A stretch of DNA of 64,000 nt from Anthoceros angustus. Its lineage: Eukaryota > Plantae > Anthocerotophyta. The notes under the pieces were generated by a model. It was not told where the DNA came from. It was given only the letters and a program-made list of their open reading frames with translations, and searched no databases. Every line of letters starts with the position of its first letter. Position 1 is the stretch's first letter. Of the stretch, positions 59,082-64,000 are shown one piece after another. Location of the stretch: positions 310,001-374,000 of the forward strand of contig VJWM01000116.1 in assembly GCA_010909165.1 (NCBI GenBank), read 5' to 3'. Both the position numbers and the translations under genes were made by a program.

Positions 59082-60060
59082 GCCGCCCATCCTGCCCCGC
59101 CTGATAACGCCCACCAGGAGCGTGACGAGGAAACAGCCGATTGCAGTGCGCAGTGCCTCTGGCCAGAACAAGATCAGACCACGGCCTGAGCCTGGGCCAG
59201 AGGCGAGCGGACGCCATGGGCGCCCATCGTCGCTCCGGATTCCAACAGGCTCATTGTCGAATGTAAAAATCCAATCCAACTAGCGGGCTATCGGGGACAG
59301 CTACAGGCGCAGCAGCACGGGCGCCGGGAGCCTCGAGCATCAAGGGTTTGTCAGGGTTTTGACCCACACATGACCCACATGCATGATTTGCCTGCCTGCC
59401 GTCTTCTCGCTCTAGAGCGTCGCGGGCATTGCATTCAAAATTGCTGCCGGTGAAGTTCCGGACAGGCGTGTGATTCTCTTTCTCCTCTTCTCGTTTCGCC
59501 AGCCAGCCAGCCAGCCAGTCAGCTCAGATCTGCCTCTGCTCGCCTTTCCTGCATGCCAGCGCCTGGAGTCGGGAGCGCAGCCCCATGGAGGAGTCTGTCG
59601 CTCCGAGCCCCTAGGTCCCCCCATGCGTGCCCGCCTCAGCTGCAGCTGCCTGGGGTTTGCTTTTGCCTCTGCCTCTGCCTCTGCCTGCCGGTTGCGCAGG
59701 AGATGTGAAATGGTGAGCACTGCAATTGCTTTCTGGTCTGCATGTCGTGGCTGTCCGTTGGATTCCATCTTCGGCCGGGCTGTGGGCACGAATTTACCAT
59801 CTCTGTCCAATTAAGCTGGTGGCCGGGCTGGGCTGTGGGCTGGCCTGTCTGTCCACCTTCCATACGCTTTCTGTCTTCTGTCTTCTGTCTGCTTGTGTGT
59901 GCGTATGTAATTGTAGATGTGGCTCTTGTATGGCCATGTGCGTCGGTCGATGTGTCTCTGTATATGTCTGTGGCTATGCTGCCTGTCTGAGAACTAGTCG
60001 CCCTGCTTTCTATCAGCACGACGACGCTCTGTGAAGTGAAGCCGTCCGGCTCTTGTGAGA

Positions 60061-63000
60061 ATGCTCAATCCAATGGCTAGTACGGATGGTTTCATGAGGG
60101 ACGGGCCTGCCGTCGGGGAACATAAGGTGTACAGGTCGAAGAGGAAGTGGGAGCGCAGCAGTGGCGGGGCTGGGCTGGACAGGTCAGGGGATGCTGGAAT
60201 TAGGCTCAAGGACCTCAAGGACATCAAGCCTGAGCAGGGGAGATTGGACAGTCTGGCGGCCCTGGCCAAGCAGGAGCGGGGGTCAGATTCCCCTAGCGAG
60301 GAGGAGCAGCAGCAGCACAAGGTTCCTGTGGTGGAGCAGGAGAAGGCTCCCAGGTTCAAGCACTCCCGGAAGCCCAAAAAGTCCCGTGGCGCAGCGGCCG
60401 GATCAACCAGTCGGGTTGTGGAGGAGGTGAGGCCGGAGCCTCCTCCTCCTCCTAAACCAGAGGTTGTGAAGGAGGAGGAGGTTGAAACAGAGGAGGAAGA
60501 GGAAGAGGTGGAGCCGGAGCCGGACCCGGCGTCGGACACCGTGAGTGAAGATGAGAAGCCTCGGCGGAAGCGCCAGCGCCGTGCACGCAAGCAGGTGAAG
60601 GGCAAGGCGGGAGGAGCGGAGAAGGGGAAGGCTCCTGCCAAGGGCAGAAGGAAGTCCAAAAAGGGAACTGGCGATGAGGAGGAGGCGGAGGCTGGGGGCG
60701 ATGATAGGTGTAAGAGATCTGACGGGAAGGCGTGGAGGTGCAGGCAGCCGCTGTTCAAGGAAGGGTGGTGCCAGTACCATTTCGAGTACTACGAGTGTAA
60801 GAAGTCCAAGTCCGCCCCGCCTCCTAGGAGAAAGAGACAGCCGAAGAAGGTTACTACTGCTCGGAGGGGCAAGGGTGCGCAGAATGAGGCAGCTGGGAGC
60901 AAGGATAGTGCTGATGAATCTCAGCACGAGCAGGAGGTTGTTGCTGAACCTGAGGTGAAGAAGGTGAGGAGAGGTGTGAAGAGGAAGGATAGGGTTGATG
61001 AAGATGAGCAGCAGGAGGGTGAGGGTCGTGCAGAGGCTGTGGCAGAACCGGAGCCGAAGAAGGCGAGAAGGGGGCAGACGAAGGATAGTGTGGATGAAGA
61101 TCAGCTGGAGGAGGATGAGGGTCGTGTGCAGGCTGTGTCAGAACGGGAGGGCAGTAAGGTGAGGAGAGGTCAGACGAAGAAACATAGTGTGGACGAAGCT
61201 CTTCAGGAGGAGGATGAGAGCCGTATGGAGGCTGTTGCAGAACCTGAGGTGAAGCCTGTTGTGGAAGCAGAAGTGAAGCTTGTGGTCAAAAGAGGTCACA
61301 AGAGGAGGGAGAGTGTGGATGAAGGGCAGGAGCTAGTTGAAGATCGTGAGCAGGCGGTTGCAAAACCGGAGGTGAAGAAGGCCAGAAGAGGTCTGAAGAG
61401 GAAGGCCATATCGGAAGGTGAAGCATCCAAACCGTTGCCCTCTTTGCTGAGTGACCATCGCGACGGTAAGCGTTTGAAGTCCCTGAAGGATGCACAGCCT
61501 GCCAAATCTGAGGCTCAGGAAATGGCAGAGGAGGACACGAGCGCAGAAACTGATGATGGCGAGGAGCATGTTAGAGATTCGTTGCAGAAGTCTCATCCCA
61601 GGAGGTGTCACCAATGCTGGAGGTTGGGGAATGTGGCATCGTGTGGAGCCTGTAGGGATACGCAGCGCCGCTATTGTGACCACTGTATAGCCAAGTGGTA
61701 CCCACACTTGACGATGGAGGATGTTGCAGAGAGGTGTCCCTACTGTGCTGGCTACTGTAACTGCAAGACATGTCTGCGGAGGGCACGGCCGATAGCAGAG
61801 GTGGATGATGCAGGGAAGTCTGAGCACCTGCTCTATCTCCTGCGTAAGGTTCTGCCGTCTTTGAGTCAAATGAATGAGGAGCAGGCTGACGAGCTGAAGT
61901 TTGAGAGGGAGTTGCGGCGTGATCCAGATTATCAAGTTGAGAAAACTCAGATATCAATCGGGGAGAGGATGTATTGTGACAAGTGCAAAACTTCAATAGT
62001 TGACTATTACAGGACCTGTACAGAGTGTCAGTATGACCTGTGCCTTAATTGCTGTAAAGAGATCCGGCTGGGAAGCTTGCATCCAGCCCTCCTCAACTCC
62101 AAGGGATTGACTGAACAAGATGGAGGCCACTCAGAGGGATTGGCTGAAGTGGTAGCAGAGGAAGGGGACAGAGTGGGGAGCATTGTTCCTGAAGCTGATG
62201 CTATAGAAGAGGTAGATCACGTCGGATCACCTTTAGTTGCTGTGTGGGACGTAGATCACGTTGTATTACCTTCAGGTGTTGTGGAGGAGGTAGGTCATGC
62301 TGTATCACCTCTAGGTCCTGTGGAGGAGGTAGGTGCTGCATCACCTTCAGGTGCCGTGGAGGAGGTCGATCAGGTTGCATCACCTTCAGGTGCTGTTGGG
62401 AGGTAGGTCACATTGTATCACCTTCAGGTGCTGGGGAGGAGGTAGGTCATGTAGCATCAAATTTGGGTGCTTTGAGGGAGGTCAGCCGGGTATCACCTTC
62501 AGGTGCTGTGGGGAGGTGGATCATGTTGTATCACTGTCAGGTGCTGCAGAGGAGGTGGGTCTCTTTGTAGCACCTTCACGTGCTGCAGAGGAGGTGGATC
62601 ACGATGCAAAACCTTCAGGAGCTGAGGAGGAGCCAGGTCACGTTGCATCACCTTCAGGTGCTGTGGAGGAGGTAGGTCACCTTGTATCACCTCCAGGTGC
62701 TGTGGAGGAGGTAGGTCACCTTGTATCACCTCCAGGTGCTGTGGAGGTGGTAGGTCACGTTGTGGAGGAGGTGAAGCCTTCTGGAGGTGCTGTGGAGGAG
62801 GTAGCTAACGTTGTTGACCTTGTAACTGATAAAGTGGATGCTAGCTGCTCGGAAGCTGTGGGAACAGGAGATGCTGAGCTGGAAGAGGATGCGTGCATGT
62901 CATCTCTGGGGAGCAAGGAAGGTGCAAGCTCGTCAGCAGCTGTCGAGGATGAGGCTACTGTACCTTCAGCTATGGATGAGGATGCTGGTCTTTCAGTGTC

Positions 63001-64000
63001 AACTGAGGGAGATGGTAAGGACTCTTCAGCTACAGCTCACAAAGATGCTGACCCGTCAGATACCAAGACTGGAGATCAGAATGGTCCTTCCGCAATGGGT
63101 GACAGAAATGTCTGTATACCAAGCCTTGACCTGGCAGATGCTTCAGTGCAAGATGAAGAAAAGGCTCATCCCTCCTCTGCACCAGGTGAAGGGGCCTGCT
63201 ATTGGCAAATGATGGAGATAATGTCCGTCCCTCACTGACTGAGCAGGAGACTAGACATCAGAGTGGCCCTTCAGCAATGGATGGAGGAGGTGTCTGTAAA
63301 CCAAACCCAGACCACGAGGATGCTTCAGTGCAAGATGAAGAAATGGCTTATGCCTCTGCACCAGGTGAAGGTGATGGGGCCTCCTATTCCCTCATGATGG
63401 AGATGATGTGCGTCCCTCAGTGACTGAGCAGGGAAATGCTGGCCGCTCTGGAGTTTGGTGAACAAGATGTTGGTGCCTCTGTTGTGGCTGAGGGAGAGGT
63501 CAGCAGCCCTTCAGCTTTGGCTAAAGGGGATCCTGGTCCTTCAGCACCAGCTGACTGCTCTTCTGCTGATGAAGGCAAGGACGAAGGAAGGATTGACCGT
63601 ATGTCAGGTGCTGATGAAGGAGGAGGAGGCATTGATGACATGGATTTGAGCCTTCCGCCAGCTGGAGATGAGGAAGATGTTCCACAAGGAGTAGGAAGAA
63701 ATGAAGAGGAGCCAAATGACAGAGTCCCTCATTCTCAAGAGAGTCCATGGGAAGTTGGTAGAGATGGGACAATTGTCTGCCCTCCTAAGGATTGTGGTGG
63801 ATGTGGCAAACACAATCTATCCTTACGGTCACTCCAGGGTGGGGACACAGTCAAGGAACTTTGGACAAAGGTCGATCACATCGTTTCCGTGGCATCCGTG
63901 AGTCTTGCAGAGCATGAGTCAGGGTGCCAGTATTGTGACCAGAGCAGTGCATCAATGGCCAAGCAGTTGCGTGTGGCTGCTGATAGGCCCACAGGAGGTG
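60061..64000 (+). CDS. KDM3/JHDM2-type JmjC histone demethylase (JMJ25-29-like), 3'-partial; frame broken in the repetitive linker (62.4-63.46 kb)
   Basis: WRC domain (CKRSDGKAWRC), zf-4CXXC_R1 (CHQC...CPYCAGYCNCKTC), ERMYCDKCKTSIVDYYRTC...YDLCLNCC, and W...DGTIVCPPKDCGGCG at 63748. The JmjC domain would lie beyond the window. Confidence 0.85.
62205..62815 (+). repeat. Coding minisatellite, ~39 bp x ~16 (EEVGHVASPSGAV)
   Basis: Consensus GAGGAGGTAGGTCACGTTGCATCACCTTCAGGTGCTGTG. Confidence 0.92.

Overview
Gene-dense, compact-intron nuclear DNA of a non-seed land plant. A hornwort such as Anthoceros is my best inference, from the gene density, long PLS-class PPR editing factors (one with a WW-type PG box) and a secreted bicupin. 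About 21 intact protein-coding genes are recognisable: SABRE (5'-partial), F-box, RKF3-like kinase, INH3, two PLS-PPRs, an ependymin-like protein, NDUFAF3, an At5g65250-like protein, HAM/MYST, PRP19/MAC3, an 11S-like bicupin, VPS11, PPCS, PPD4, RCA-like, FKBP19, MTP7, GPRP, GLX2 and a KDM3-type JmjC gene (3'-partial). There is also one weak orphan ORF. The most unusual stretch is a ~4.6-kb island (52.7-57.3 kb) bracketed by diverged ~370-390-bp direct repeats. It holds related tandem arrays, a 99-bp near-perfect palindrome, a short retroposon, and a pseudogene of a family I recall from bacteria and fungi (HGT candidate). Other points of note: templated PPR fragments scattered near their parent genes, a receptor kinase with almost no ectodomain head-to-head with a possible membrane-anchored orphan, a run of intronless plastid genes, and homopolymer frameshifts in a repeat-expanded JmjC linker. 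No rRNA, tRNA or CRISPR array is supported. All family assignments are from recalled motifs, not database searches.
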